Assembly: GCA_973895155.1 (NCBI GenBank)
Contig: OZ316896.1
Coordinates: 13,819,542 to 13,883,541 of the forward strand
From: Marsupella aquatica
Lineage: Eukaryota > Plantae > Marchantiophyta
Direction of reading: 5' to 3'
Length of the DNA stretch: 64,000 bases
Part shown: in pieces, positions 13,249 to 26,923 of the stretch
How the letters are laid out: the number at the start of each line of letters is the position of its first letter
Numbering within the stretch: the first letter of the stretch is position 1
The notes under the pieces: model-generated
What the model saw: only the letters and a program-made list of their open reading frames with translations
Told to the model about the DNA's origin: nothing
The model's database searches: none
Translations under genes and position numbers: made by a program

Positions 13249-13540
13249 GTGTAAACATTTATGGAGACCCTTCCTATGCCCATAATGTGTTGCGAGGAAG
13301 TAACCTTTCACAGGACAGAAATGTTGTGGTTAAATGTTGCGGTTCCATTAAGCAAATACCCCCCCTTTGTAAAGCCACCCTTTATTACGCGTCCTTGGAG
13401 TGTAAACATTTATGGAGACCCTTGCTATTCCCCCATAACGTGTTGCGAGGAAGTAACCCTTTACAGGACAGAAATGTTGCGGTTCCAGTAAGCAAATACC
13501 CCCCCTTTTGTAAAGCCACCCTTTATTACGCGTCCTTTGA
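13249..13540. repeat. Two tandem copies of a ~145-bp unit, plus a diverged partial copy at ~13003-13070
   Basis: TGTAAACATTTATGGAGACCCTT...AAAGCCACCCTTTATTACGCGTCCTT is repeated near-identically. Confidence 0.9.
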
Positions 13541-15013
13541 GTTAGACAGAGAGAGCTCCAAGTCACCAACCTCATCTCACATTCTCACTCGTCCTGGTCC
13601 AGGAGCACTGTACAGTACAGGTACTAGTACCACTGTACCACTGTACCAGTACCAATGCGGCGCTCTTTACTTCATGAGGCCGTTGCCTCCAAGTGACCAA
13701 GTCATTCTCTTTCCATCGACACCCGAACGCGTTCGCCTCACTGCTACTTTACTGTAGTGGAGTGCTCGACAGCCATCGCCAAGGAACCTCGACGAACTGC
13801 GAGCGCGCTGCGAAGAAAAGAGAAGAAATCCGACAGTAATTGCGAAGGAACTGCGAAGGAACTGCGAAGAATTGCGAGCGCACTGCGAAGAAAAGGGAAG
13901 AAAGCTGACAGTACTTGCGAAGGAATTCCCAATCGAGGAACAGAGCGGACAGACAGGGAAGGGAAGGGAAGGGAAGGAGGGACGCGGGAATCTCTCCACA
14001 TCGGAAGCTGCACTTGATTTGTTGCTGTTGCTGCTGGCCCCGGGGCGGGCCCCGTGTGTAGGTGTAGACTATGGAGAAAGTCAGAAGCAAGATTACGCTA
14101 GTTTGGTCAAGCTTTGATTCTGTCCCCCGCTTTCTGGATTTTCCCTGTGAAAACACCGCATTCCAGTCAATGAACGAAGTGAGAAACGTCATCGAATCCG
14201 TCGACTCGGGGCGGAGACATTAGGACTCGCGTGTGCGGATCTGCGCTGGTACAGTCGGAAAGGACTGCACCCCCGGATTATGGTCGGTGGCGATCACGCC
14301 AAGCCAGGGAGTTGAGAACAGATACTACTGTAGTACTCGGCGAATTGGAGGAGGGTGAGTTGCATCGAGGAAGCTGCCGTTGCTTTGCTTGAAATTGCTG
14401 GTGGTGCTGTTTTTTCGTTGCTTCATTCATAGCACAGGGGGATGACAACGAAGTCAAGGATCGTCGCATCGTGGAGCTGTTGCTGCAAAATGAATGATGA
14501 ACAAAATGGAGGAGTATGGCAATAGACTGCAAGAGACGGATTATGGCGTCGTCGAGGAGGATTCCGCTCGCAGCATCAGCAGCAGCAGACGAAGAAATGA
14601 CTGATTGCAGAGGGATTGAGCTGACACGGAATGACTCAATGGTTTGGAGCTTAGCTGCGGCAAGAGATGGAATCAGTCGCGGTTCGCGCTGGCTGGCAGC
14701 AAAGTGATTCATTCAGAGGAGGAAGGGACAGGAGAGAGGAGAAGAGAGATTGTGACGTTGCTGTGCAAGTGGCCGTCCTGGAGGCAAGGCAAGAGTGTGT
14801 GGAGTAGGTCACATACAGTAGCAATTTGGAGCATTGGACGACTATCGAGTCCAGAGCATCACAGAAAGAAGGAGCATTCAAGGGGCAACGGAGGAGGAAG
14901 AAGCATTCGAAGGAGCATTTAGAGGAGACGAAGAGCGGCGGAAAGGAGGGTGAATTTCAGTGATTTTTGCGGGGTCGTTGTTGAGCCACAGCCAGAAGAG
15001 TACACTGTGGATA

Positions 15014-18000
15014 ATGAGTTCTTCCGGGGAGAGCGAGGATAGGGTGCGGAAACGGGAGAGGATTGGGAAAAAAGTCCAAGAGGCGACGAAGGGCCTTCTG
15101 GCCTTTAGCATTAGGAAAGGAAGTGTGGCTCCTGGATCAGAGTCACCAACTGGAGCACAGTCACCGAGGTCGAATGATGGATCATTCTCGGGGCGTGACA
15201 GCTTCCTCGCCAACTCGGGGCGTAGCAGTTCCGCCTTCAACTCTCCCACCAAAGTGAAGCCCTTCACGCTGCTGTTCCTTTATACGCGGACTAATAAGTT
15301 GGACGACCTCCGGAATTTGCTGAAGGACTACCCTGAGCTAGTGAAACAGAAGGATTACGACGAGCGCACGGCGCTGCACATCGCCGCTATTCATGGCTGC
15401 CTGAAAGCCGCCGAAGTTCTCTTGGATCATGGTGCGGACGTCAATGCGCTCGATCGCTGGAAGAATTCGGTATGTCTCTGTTTCACTTTTTCAAAAGGAG
15501 AGATATTGCCATCCATGCCTTTTCCTCAATTTTATTCGTGGTTACATACGGTAGTCCTCCATCTATCAGCGCCTGTCACACACAAGGAGGATGCATTCTA
15601 CGTGAGGGACATTTTAATTTGCGTCTTCAAGGATAGAAGTTTTGTTGTTCTGGTTTCTCGATGTGACCAAACAATAGGGCTCTATACTGGATGGGCTAAT
15701 TGAGTCACGATTTGGGCGGTAATCGGCACGTTTAGGTCTGGAACAGAATGATGGCGGAGTTCTAAATTTTGTTGACCCAGGAATGCACAAAAATAAGAGG
15801 GTGGAACGAGCAGCACAGGTAGAAGGAGCTACTGTCCTGTCTTGTAGAGAATTATTTGACAAATCCGTGTCGTGGGATTAAACCAGCTATGAAATTGTGC
15901 CACCCAATGGCATAATTCTCTAACGAGTTTCATCAATGCGGACCCAATTTAGTCCTTTAATTCCTACTCTCTCTGTCTCCATCTGTATGCGTGTATCACG
16001 AAGTTGCTTCTCGCTCAAGATAATTAAATAAATGGTCAAGTACAGGCACCCTCTTGTTCATATCACTAGAGCATTGGAGAGCTATCCATCAGTAGCAACT
16101 GGAGCTGTTGACTGACATCACAGAGACGCTTCCACTCACATACACGGATTGTATTTGCATCAATGATAACGAATAAATTCAAGTTCGGTGCCTCTCAAGT
16201 ATTTTATGAAGGAAGGTTACAAAAGAGACAGAGTAGACCTCATTGGCTTTTAGTGAGGTTTGTGATTATGGTTTGCCAACTCCTTTTAAAAAAATGGAAG
16301 TTTCAATTTGGCTAGGATGGCCTAACTCTTCAGTGTGCGTGACTTTGGGTATGGCAGCCGTTAGCAGATACCAAGGATGAGCAAATGATAAAGCTCCTCC
16401 AGTCGAAGGGGGGCCAGCGACTGGTATGAATTTCAGTTTTTATTCTGAAGCTCCGTATTCTCAGGGGGAAATTCGGTCCTTGCGTGCTTGAAACGTCTTT
16501 CTTTTTCCCGTCAGTTGAGATGCTACACCTAGATAATTAGGTCTCCTATTCAGGTCACCGATTCTCCAACATGAATTTGCTTGTGTGCTGACTTAGGCAC
16601 CGTAAGTGATTGGAGTTGCATAGTGAATATTGTGCAAAATTGGCAGCAGATTCGGCTATTCTCTCAGAGTAGCCATCGCAGGAACATTCGATGTTAACTT
16701 ATCCGAATAATGTCTTACTTTGGCGTCTGATTCTAAAGTTGTTCAAGTTTTCTCGTCTCCAATGTTAATCTCGCCTGGCCCCATCATTTCATCAGGGCTG
16801 TCATGGGGAAGAGGTAAAATCGTTGCACCCACCAACTCTGCGGAAGTCTGATTGGGAAATTGATCCCGCTGAGATTGATCTCGAACGCAGCGAGAAAATT
16901 GGAAAGGTTAGGGCTCATTTAAAGATTTCACTTTCAGAAACTAGCTTTTACTTCTGACCCTGGATCTTACCAAAGATCTTCTAATACGCGGATATCTGAA
17001 TGCTTAGGGTTCTTTTGGAGAAATAAGATTGTCTCAGTGGCGCGGAACACCAGTGGCCGTGAAAACCATCTTACCAGCGCTCTCAGACGACAGACTGGTA
17101 GTGTACGTAGTCGAATTTTTTTACTCCGAATTTTAGTCTTCATGTTTCTGAGAGATTTTTGTGTGCAGATCGGTTCATCTACCTTGTTAACACATGTCTG
17201 TGTCGTTGCATGAGAATCTCCTTCCTTTTGCAAGCCACTGTAGTCATCAGAGAGTCTGCCAGTTGTCATTTTGTCTAAGTAAGGATGATGTCGAAATTGT
17301 CAACATCGTAGTGAGCATGATCAAATAAATGGAACCAAATAGAAAGTATAGGAATTTTAGTGGGCTTGCCAAGATGTTCAGTTGTCCCTGCAAAAGCATC
17401 AAAGCGGTGATCACCCTGGAAGATAGAAAAGCTTTCTGATAATTTAGAAACTCTGATATAGATTTAAAATACTTAGTGTACCGACATCACGAACCTACTG
17501 GTTTTTGGTGGGCAACTTCATTTGAGCAGACAAGATTTCCGGCATGAGGTGGAACTTCTTGTGAAAGTTCGGCACCCGAACATTGTTCAGTTTTTGGGAG
17601 CTGTCACAAGGCAACCCCCGCTCATGCTGATCACCGAATATCTTTCCGGGGTTTGTAATCTCCTTGGCTATCGATTTTTCAATCTCAGTAATTTTTCCGA
17701 TCATTTCCGTCCGAATAATGGCATTGATGTCAGTCCGCAAGAATGTTTGTAGTCCCTACACATTTTCCGTCAAAGGTCATTTGCTGTTAGTGTCGTAGGG
17801 TGTCGCTAATTTCCGCTTTTCTATCTTCCAGGGTGATCTTCATACAGTCATGAGAAAGGGTCCTATAGGTATATCCACAATTATCAGTTATGCTCTGGAT
17901 ATTGCAAGGTATAATCTATGAGCTCGTCTTATTCGCCAAATTTCCGTCAGGGTTCTTTCGTTACTGGATGGTTGTTTGGCTTAGTGGCCACCTTACTACC

Positions 18001-19889
18001 GAGTTTTGTTTCTGGTTCGATAAAAGCCTTGACGAACGTCTGTGCCTAATTTCTATCTTGTATAACACATCCGATTTGGAACATCACAGGGGTATGACTT
18101 ACTTGCATAATGGGCCTAATATGATCATCCACCGAGATCTGAAACCAAGGTAAGAGCAGATGCAATCTTCAATTTCCCGGTATGTCATTGTCATAGATGA
18201 CGCTGCTACCAAGAAGGAAATACGTAGCTCTCGATGGGGCTGAGGGCTGATCTCGATAAATTGACTGTTTCTTCCAGTTTGTCTCCGCCACTGTCTAGAG
18301 TTTGTCCCCACTTACACTGATAAAGTCATGACTCTTCAAGACTATATGCATGGAACTGTTGTCAGGCTCGATGAGTGACTACCAATCTTTTCGCTCCAAT
18401 TCGATGACTTTTTCCATTTGGGATGAGGTTATTTGAAAAAATCTTAAAATTTTGAAAGTACCCGGTCTGGTTGTGGTCATCTCTAAAATTCTGCATTGTT
18501 GACCTGCAGGAATGTATTGATTGGAGAAAACAACCAGCTGAAGGTTGGGGACTTTGGACTAAGCAAACTCATAAAGCGGAGCAATATGGACGATCACTAT
18601 AAATTGACTGGAGAGACTGGAAGCTGTAAGTTTGTGCGCATTGGCTGTCCAGCAAATTCTGTACTTCACTTCGATTTGACTGCAGTCTAATTGGTTGTAA
18701 TAAGCTATCACGGTACAGAGGTGGACCTTGCCTTTTAAATGCAAATAGGATACCACTTCAATGCTTTTTGCTGGTGTTTGGTCCAAATCCAGTAGAATAT
18801 AGGTCAAAGAAGTTTCATGAGGTACAGAATGAGTCGTCCGGGCAAACTTAGAAAGGAACATGCAAGGTTTTGTCTCGAATGCACGTTATAGTTACAGGAC
18901 AGCTATTCCTAGTTTGTGACAAGAGCTTTGTTCCACAGACCGGTATATGGCTCCTGAGGTTTTTGAGCATCGACCTTATGATAAAAGTGTGGATGTCTAC
19001 TCATTTGGAATTATACTTTACGAGGTTCGATATCGAACTCAGCTCTGTTGTTTTCCTTGATGGATGTTGTATAAAGTAGCATGGGAAATCAATTGAATTC
19101 TCTTAGGTCTGAAGCAGTCCGTGTTCTGTTGGGGTGGATGTCTTCCTGGGTGGTCTGGTAGGAAAGTTCTGATCCCTGCAACTGAACCGCTGAAAAAACC
19201 TTGTCAATTACAAGCTCAAATCGTTTTTCTGGTATTCTAATAAATCTTTTCTGGGAAACTAGTTTTTACTTGCTGGTTTGTTTTTCATGAGCTCTGTTCT
19301 GATGTCTTCAACATGGGACATGCAGATGTGTGAAGATACTCCCCCTTTTGCACAACATGATGCATATGAAGCAGCTCGTATTGTGGCCAAGGACAAGGCC
19401 AGGCCTGAATTTTCAGAAAAAGTGAAATACCCTTCTGAGTTGGTCAAGTGAGTTCATCGACACCTTCATCAAACGTTACCGTATTTTTAGCGAACCAGTT
19501 CATACAATCCGACAGTACCTTGACAAGATTTGTGCAGCTTTTCATTTTGGATTTAATTGTTTCTCTAAAGGGTATTTGTTCATTTAGCGTGCTGTTACCC
19601 AAATCGACTCAACAGCTAGTGAGCCCCAATTTTTGGTCATTGCCAAAGGTTTTGCGGATTACGGATCCTGTCTCCTTGCCCATCCCTATCATGCATTTTC
19701 CGCAAAGCTTAGTCGTGTTTGAATATGTTTGAAGTCTGAACTGTGGTGGTGCCCTTCAGGCTGGTTGAAGACTGCTGGCAACATAATCCAGCAGATCGAC
19801 CAGGATTTCAAGATATCATCCCGAGACTTGAAAAGTTGACTTCGTGTATAGCCTCTACAAAAGAGCACCACCATATGTGGCGTAAATAA
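15014..19889 (+). CDS. VIK: Ankyrin-repeat Raf-like protein kinase (VIK/integrin-linked kinase family), ~479 aa
   Basis: Phase-consistent GT-AG exons: 15014-15469, 16358-16423, 16796-16906, 17008-17102, 17530-17650, 17832-17908, 18090-18149, 18510-18625, 18939-19024, 19326-19447, 19760-19889. Ankyrin motif [12 protein letters not shown]...DRWKNSPLAD. Kinase motifs DWEIDP, GKGSFG, VAVK, HRDLKPRN, DFG, TGETGSYRYMAPE. An alternative last exon at 19984-20033 is possible. Confidence 0.92.
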
Positions 19890-22363
19890 CTGTCAAGCTT
19901 GTTAACTCCATCCATAAGCCCTCGAAATATGTAATGAACCAATTCGCTGGGGACATGGTAGCCTTTTTGGCCTCTTGTCGCAGGGTGGACAAGAAGTGAT
20001 ATGTTTGGTTTATCTTGTACAACGAAGCAATAAATGTGTTATCACGCCGTAAATCTCACTTTGGGTGATACCAGATTCTACCGAGAGGCATCTGTCGAAA
20101 TCCGGGTGGCTTTTACCTCTCTTGGGATTTCCATTGGCAAAAAGGAGGTTCTCCAATTCAAATTCCTCGTGCTGGCGCTGAATATTCTTACGATTTTCTT
20201 GTTTGCCTGCTGAAATTACGATATGCAGCCAGCCACAGGTCCAGATTGTCCTAGTGAGCGGGATAATTTTCATGAGACGATTGACTGCCAGCGAATAGTA
20301 ACGGCTTGACCTAGCATGTCTCCATGGCTCGACACGTGGAGATCCCTTTCAGTTAGCGAACTTAGACTAGGAGAGAAATTTTATGACAAACTGGTGAGCG
20401 GTATCCTCGTGGCACTTTAAAGAGCAGGAGCAGGGCAAGATACTAGGCCTTGAGGACCAGAAATGGTCGGAGATGGATGTCAAGGTCAATAGGCTTCAGC
20501 TGATTAGGCTTTCCTCTCCGTTTCAATTTGTCAAAGCCCTTTCTGTCATTGGCACTAGTACTGGTGCCTGCTGTGAGAATTAGCCAGAAGTCTGTCGCAG
20601 CTTCAATATCAGTTCTGACAATGTATTCGTGGAGAGTGCTACATTCATATTAGGAATCGCAGAGGTCTATCTTTGGGGTTCTTATGTCCCTTGTGTAGTC
20701 CAGCTTTCTTTGAAATATCGATTGAACAGTTGTTGAGCTGCCTTGATTTGGGAGCCATGTACCAATATTTGCAAGCTACAGTACGGATGGTCAGAGTCGG
20801 GCACATGGTGCTAGACTTTGTTTTTTTCACTTAATGACCTGCCTTCGGAGTAGATTTGCTGAACTTGAGACTTCTCATTGATTATTTCTTCTTTCTAACA
20901 CGATAATACATTTCTAGTTCCGAAACTTAAACTCTGCTTTTTGTCCGACGTATTCACTGTTTCTGGTTTTTTGCGCTGGAAATGATTAATGCATTAATTA
21001 TGCTTAAAATTCTGTCACCCGTTAGAAAATCGATAGTCAGTTCAATAGACATCTACAGTTATGGAGAGCACAGAGCAAACCTACTCTCCATGTCAGTTTG
21101 TCTGGATTCGATTGTCGAGTTTGGAGGAGGCCGACGTTTAGTTCGACTGGAAATTCATTCGTTATCTCCCTCCATCTGCTTGGCACTCCATCAATTGCCC
21201 CAACCTAAGGGTACATGATTGCGACCTTTCTCTATTTGAGGTAAAAGTAGTACGGGTGCTCTAGTGCGGTCAAGTTGTGAATAATTCACAATGCAGAATT
21301 TAAGATGGGGATGTGTGTGACTACTACCCGACTTGCTCTCGTTCCAGAGAAGCCATGGACAACACTACCAAAGGGTGGCAAATTTCCTGACGCATTTGAA
21401 CAAAATGTTACTCACGATGGTACAGACCCAGAGGAAAAGTAGTGCAGCAAAACGAGAAAACTTTACTAGGAAACTTGAGTGAAGTCATCATAGACTATGG
21501 GTTAATGCACAACAGTCGTATAATTGGACCACCGTAGTTCTGTTTCGACACATCCGTGCCACGATGACGGCAACTTGCAATTTCCCATTAAATCTAACGG
21601 GACCACCTCATTTGTCTAAGACTTAATGTAACGCTAATCGAAACCTAGGGCTACTAGCGCAGAATAGAAGTTTGGTTTTCAAACCTAACTTCGAAGAATG
21701 CAAAGCACCCAAATTTGAACCGTATTTACTAATGCTAAGGCTCTTCAAATTTGTTGTTGAAACCAGTGATTATGGACATTGGAGGACATACACTCTGCAT
21801 TTTGATTCAGTGTGACGAACAAACTTGTGAGCTCGACGCTTCGACTCATGCAATCCCTGTAGACGTCTACAATGTCTAAATCAATTCCGCAACTGCTCAC
21901 AAATGACTACTCTACAAGGTCCGCAACTGCCCGAAGAAATCGATTTCTCAGAGTTCCCATAGAATGCATTTTTCCCGTCTCTGTACTTCGTTGTGTTCTA
22001 CAACCTTATAGCTTAACCCATCTGACAGCAGCACAGACTTATCACCCACATGGCCCATATTCTCTGTGCTCATTCTCAAACACCAACGCATTCAACTGCC
22101 AGAAGTGCACAAGAAGTAGATTCTTTGGGGAAAATTAGCTAGGACTGTCATTGCCTTTATTTATTTTTAGTAGAGCAAAAATTCAATTTCACATGGAATC
22201 AAAATCGATGGCAAAAATTCTTCTCTATGACTTCTCCCTCTTGTTGATCAAATCTTCTCCCTCTTTCAGACAAAACTGTGAAGCATGGAAAAAGCTACGG
22301 GGGTCCTACGAATTCCCGAAATTTTGGAAACCTGCAGAACAATTTCCTGAAGAATCTGCCTGC

Positions 22364-23065
22364 CTACTCTAGAATCCAAGGAGTAAGAGAGGGTTCCCAG
22401 TCAACAACCTCACCCTCCTTGAACCACAGCGCAATTTCCCGCTCACCATTCTGAGGGCTGTCACTGCCATGGATAACATTCCTGCCAGTGTTAACCCCAA
22501 AGTCACCTCTTATGGTGCCTGGCTCGGCATTCAGAGGGTTGGTGACTCCAATCAACTTCCTTGCAGAAGCCACCACACCAGGCCCCTCCCACACCATGGC
22601 AACAACTGGTCCAGAAACGATGTACTTCACCAACTGTGGAAAGAACGGTTTTTCCTTCAACTCACCGTAATGTGTCTCAGCCAGCTCCTGTGGAGTCTGG
22701 AAGAGCTTCAGTCCCTTCAATGTGAAGCCCTTCCGTTCAAATCTCGATATGATCTCGCCAACCAGACCTCGCTGGACACCGTCCGGCTTGATCATAATGT
22801 ACGACCTCTCAATGTCTCCAGCTGCCACAATTGTTGTGAGAGTCCGTGAGGAGCACGTTCGAAGAGGCCGCCGGGGTCTGAGCAGTGCTTTGGCGGTGAA
22901 GGATCCGTTGCTGCTGCTGATACTTGAGGAAGCTCCCCATCTCAAAGATGATGCAGCACTCTGCTGCTGCCTCAAGCTCGTCTTCTGTTGGGTCTCAGTC
23001 TTCACACCCCAGCTGACTCCTACTACTCCTCCAGCACCCACCAATGCTGCAGTTGCACTCGCCAT
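22364..23065 (-). CDS. NDPK2: Nucleoside diphosphate kinase 2, chloroplast, single exon, 233 aa
   Basis: [29 protein letters not shown], and the active-site NVIHGSDS. Ser/Ala/Arg-rich ~80-aa transit-peptide-like N-terminus. Confidence 0.95.
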   Translation of the reverse strand: MASATAALVGAGGVVGVSWGVKTETQQKTSLRQQQSAASSLRWGASSSISSSNGSFTAKALLRPRRPLRTCSSRTLTTIVAAGDIERSYIMIKPDGVQRGLVGEIISRFERKGFTLKGLKLFQTPQELAETHYGELKEKPFFPQLVKYIVSGPVVAMVWEGPGVVASARKLIGVTNPLNAEPGTIRGDFGVNTGRNVIHGSDSPQNGEREIALWFKEGEVVDWEPSLTPWILE

Positions 23066-23480
23066 CTCCCTTCCCTTTCCACCGTAGTGTAGTGCAGTCC
23101 TACTTCACCTCCACTGCAGAGCAATCTCTATCGATAAATCTGTGTTTGTGGGTGGGCACCGTTTACGTCCTATTATTGTGATGTTGTGCAGCAGCAAGAA
23201 AGCCGAAAGCCGAGCAAGGTGGAACACCAATCCCAGGGAAAGCTCACCGGATTAGATTGGATACCGGCTTTAATGCCAGTAGACAATCTCACAGAAAGCT
23301 ACTACTATTTATTTGCTATTATTTTGCTGTTTCACACTGCAGAACGAACAAAAGCGACCAACCCAGAGACGTTACCCCAAAGGCGAGAGAACCAATAAAG
23401 GAAAGGGTGGGGGGGGGGTGGTGGCAGGCAGCACCAAGGGAAAACTCCATTACACAAATAAAATGCCTACCTATTGGCAA

Positions 23481-23566
23481 ACTGAAGGGCGTGGTAGAGC
23501 TCTCATATGAACTGGATAGGAGGAACTGAAGGGTGTGGTAGAGCTCTCATATGAACTACATAGGAG
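23481..23566. repeat. 44-bp tandem duplication upstream of NDPK2
   Basis: AACTGAAGGGYGTGGTAGAGCTCTCATATGAACT..ATAGGAG occurs twice. Confidence 0.9.
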
Positions 23567-24348
23567 TATCTCGCACATGAATTTGACCAGAAGCCCTAAA
23601 ACCAACCGCCTCATCCTTACCAGAAATAGTGAATGTCTGAGCCATTTGTAAAGCGACAGGCACAAGCTGTCTAGCTAAGATTGTGATGATAGAAACCAGG
23701 GGATAAGGCCTCTGCTCAACACAATATACCGCTCAACAATGTACCGCGCAAGTCTGGAAGAAGTGATTGAAGATTGGATAAGAGCCCCCAAGACCTCCAA
23801 AGCAAATGGGTAGAAGAGGTCTTGGGGACAACTTTCACTGTATAAGCCCTCAACCTAAACTTTAAAAAATGGGGAGATGTAGCATTGACCCTCGCCATAA
23901 GGCAGGAGTTACTGTCTCACCTCAGTCTCATAACACATCCATTTGCATTCCTTCTTGGTCCACTGCCACCCCAAACGCAACAATCATTGTCACATCGGGT
24001 CCCAATCCCACATGCTTCCAATTGCAGCTTCCTCTGATTTCTGGATTTCCAATTTTTTGGATTTGTGCCTAAAGTACAGAAAAATGATGAGGTGATTGGG
24101 TCAGTGTTGAGTCCACATCCTCTTCTTACAGAAGCTGAAGATAGCTCCCCCAACTTTTATGGGAGTTCACATAACTAATGAGTTATGGGAAGACATTAAC
24201 CTAGTATTGTCAAGTTGCTATACAAGTTGTGAGAAAGCTCCAAGCTATCCTTAGCAAAGCAAAACCATCTAGCTGCTTTGCGGCCTGATGGATTTCAAGC
24301 CCAAGTTTTGAACCCTACTTGGTAATCACTCACATCATATTTTGAAGT

Positions 24349-24760
24349 GGAGGTATTCGCTCAATGGACCCCCAAACCAAACTTTTCTCCCCAACCAACC
24401 GTATGAGGTTTTGGGTACTTTGATTTAAGGTCTATCAATGGCCTGGATCACTTTTCAAGGAAAGGAATGGCCTGGATCACTTACAAGTGGACCCCCAAAC
24501 CAAACCTTACTCCCAAACCAACCCTATGAGGTTTTGGGTACTTGGATTTAAGGTCTATCAACAGCCTGGATGACCTCAGGGGTTTGATCAAGTAGCACTT
24601 TGCATTTTGGGGTCTATCAAACCTATACCTCATATTACTTTGCATTGTACTTCTTAAGGATGATGCAATGGTGTTGATTTAAGGTCTATCAATGGCCTGG
24701 ATCACTCAGGGTTCCATCAAGTAACATTTTTCATTTGGGGGTTTATCAACATATATCTAC
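24349..24760. mobile_element. Cluster of three tandem or partial copies of the MITE family seen at 12.6 kb
   Basis: GGACCCCCAAACCAAAC...GAGGTTTTGGGTACTT occurs twice and GATTTAAGGTCTATCAA three times. Ends read TTTGGGGTCTATCAAAC. Confidence 0.75.
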
Positions 24761-25566
24761 TTGTTCTACTTGAACTATAATATGCAAGCAGCCAAAAAGT
24801 TCTTTCGTCTGCTTACGAATTCAGAAATGGAGGGAACTAACATGAGCAGTGAGATTGTTTCAAAGATTTTTTGTGCTCTTGGATTGACTGACCAGGTATG
24901 TCAAATGATTTACTTATTTTAATAGTAAAATGCAGAATACATGAGATGATGCTTATATGCATCACCTCAAATGTGTCTTTTTCTTCAAGTATGAAAGGAG
25001 ACACGTTTGGCAAGAGAATCTTTTGGGGCATGAGAACATTTTGGATTTTTGCATAGAGGTGAGTGTGAGACTGTAGAAGGAAGAAAAATGGGTTAATTCT
25101 GCTTTTTGCTCCCCCTTTTTTTCTTATTCTCTGTATTTAGTTGTGTATTTTTATTTTTTATTTAATGATGCCAAGAAAGAAAAGGGGGGAGGAATAGAGT
25201 GGCATAGGAGTGAAGAAAGAGGAAAAAGTAGGGAAAAAAATGTTCTCCTCCCAATAGTATTGTGCTACCACACCTTGACCCGGCAAAGGTCCCAGGGGTT
25301 ATCACCTCTCTTGTGCTCCCTCTCACCCTTCCACATTCTTGCTCTCACCAATAACATAGCTTTCACAACAATAACAATATCTTTTTCCAAAATAAAATAA
25401 AACTTCAAAAGTGAAGGCATTATTTCATGTGCTATTTTGAACAAGATATGCACATTGAAAACACTTTTATCATGAAATGGGCAAGAAAGAAGTATGGCAA
25501 ATCCAATATTTTCAGTTTGATCCATCTAAAAACCTCAGCCTTTAAACAATAGTTCTTTACCTTACC

Positions 25567-26291
25567 TCTATATATCTACGTAATGCTTTGGCATTGTGCT
25601 TGGCAACAACATGGCTGCAAGAACGGCAGAGCCGCAACACCCTCGTGACCAGAGTGACTGCATCATTCGCCATAATGACAACATGGTCGCAACAACATTT
25701 GAGATGTCTAAACAATTGTCCTATCTTACTTTCATTTCTTTGCATTGTCTACATTTATTCGGCTCACTTGCATTTTTTGCCTTTTTTTGCCTTTTTTTGC
25801 AACATGTTACCTCACCCCAACATATTTGCCTCAATGCAGCGTACATCTAAACTTGCCTCAACATTTTTGCCTTCTCTTGTCTTGACATTTTTGCCCCGCC
25901 CAAACATATTTTTCTTATCTAAAAATGTTTTTCTCTCCTCCACATTGTTTGCTCACGTCAACATCTTTTCTCACCTTGACATATGTTCCCTCCAAACTTA
26001 CATCTTTTATGACCTGAAATGTTTTTGCTCATCTTGACATCTTTTGCTCTCCTTGGCATAATTCTCTCCTCGAAATCTATTTTCTCATCTCAACATCTTT
26101 ATGCTCACCTGGACATCTCTTTTCTGCCAGACATGTTTATCACCTCGACATCTTTTCTCTCTTTAACATCTTTTCTCACCTTGAGATTTTTTGCTCACCT
26201 TGACATCTTTTCTCTCCTCTACATCTTTTGCTCACTTCAACATCATTTCTCTCCTCAATATCTTTCGTGCAACCCACAGGCATTGGGCTAG
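25567..26291 (+). mobile_element. Probable non-autonomous Helitron carrying a ~20-bp minisatellite
   Basis: 5' end TCTATATATCTAC. 3' end CGTGCAACCCACAGGCATTGGGCTAG resembles the plant Helitron hairpin plus CTAG terminus. Internal degenerate ACATCTTTTCTCACCT repeats span ~25800-26260. The canonical A|T insertion site is not preserved. Confidence 0.5.
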
Positions 26292-26923
26292 AACCTCATA
26301 TTACCTTTCATTATACTTCTTGTTGATTTAAGGTCTATCAATGGGCCTGGATCACTCTAAGGGGTCCATCAAGTAACATTTTTCATGTTGGGGTCTATCA
26401 ACATATACCCCCTATTACTTTTCATTATAATGAATGCGATGGTGTTGATGGTAGTGCGCCACATACCCTCGTGTTTATGTGAGGAGCCCCTTGTCAAAAG
26501 TGCGGCCATTCATTTGAATAGAGCGAAAGATAAAAAGATTCTCGCAACTATTCCGCATCAAACATTCGTACCCCTTCACTTCTCATCACCACTCAACGCC
26601 CCAGTTTTCGCCCGATCGACCTCGCGACTATTACAATTCGCTCACGTGCTCGCGCGCATTGATCGGATCGGTTTCGATTCTCTCTTTCGCGGTCAGGTCT
26701 CCCGAATTTCTCACCACTGTGCTGGGTCGGTCCGCCAATGCTTGTTTAAGAATGCGGTCGTCTGTCCTTGCTCGGCCATTGAACAAAACAAAAACAGAGC
26801 AGAGCTGAATGGACTCGAATAGAAATGAGGAATCTTAATTGACTGGTTTTTGGAGGATTCGCAGCTCACTGAAGAAGAAGAGGTCAAGAAATTAAGGTTT
26901 GCGGGTGGAATAGAATAATTTAG

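Noticed and set aside
25588-26291. Hydrophobic ORFs as membrane proteins
   Set aside because: They are translations of a pyrimidine-rich minisatellite.
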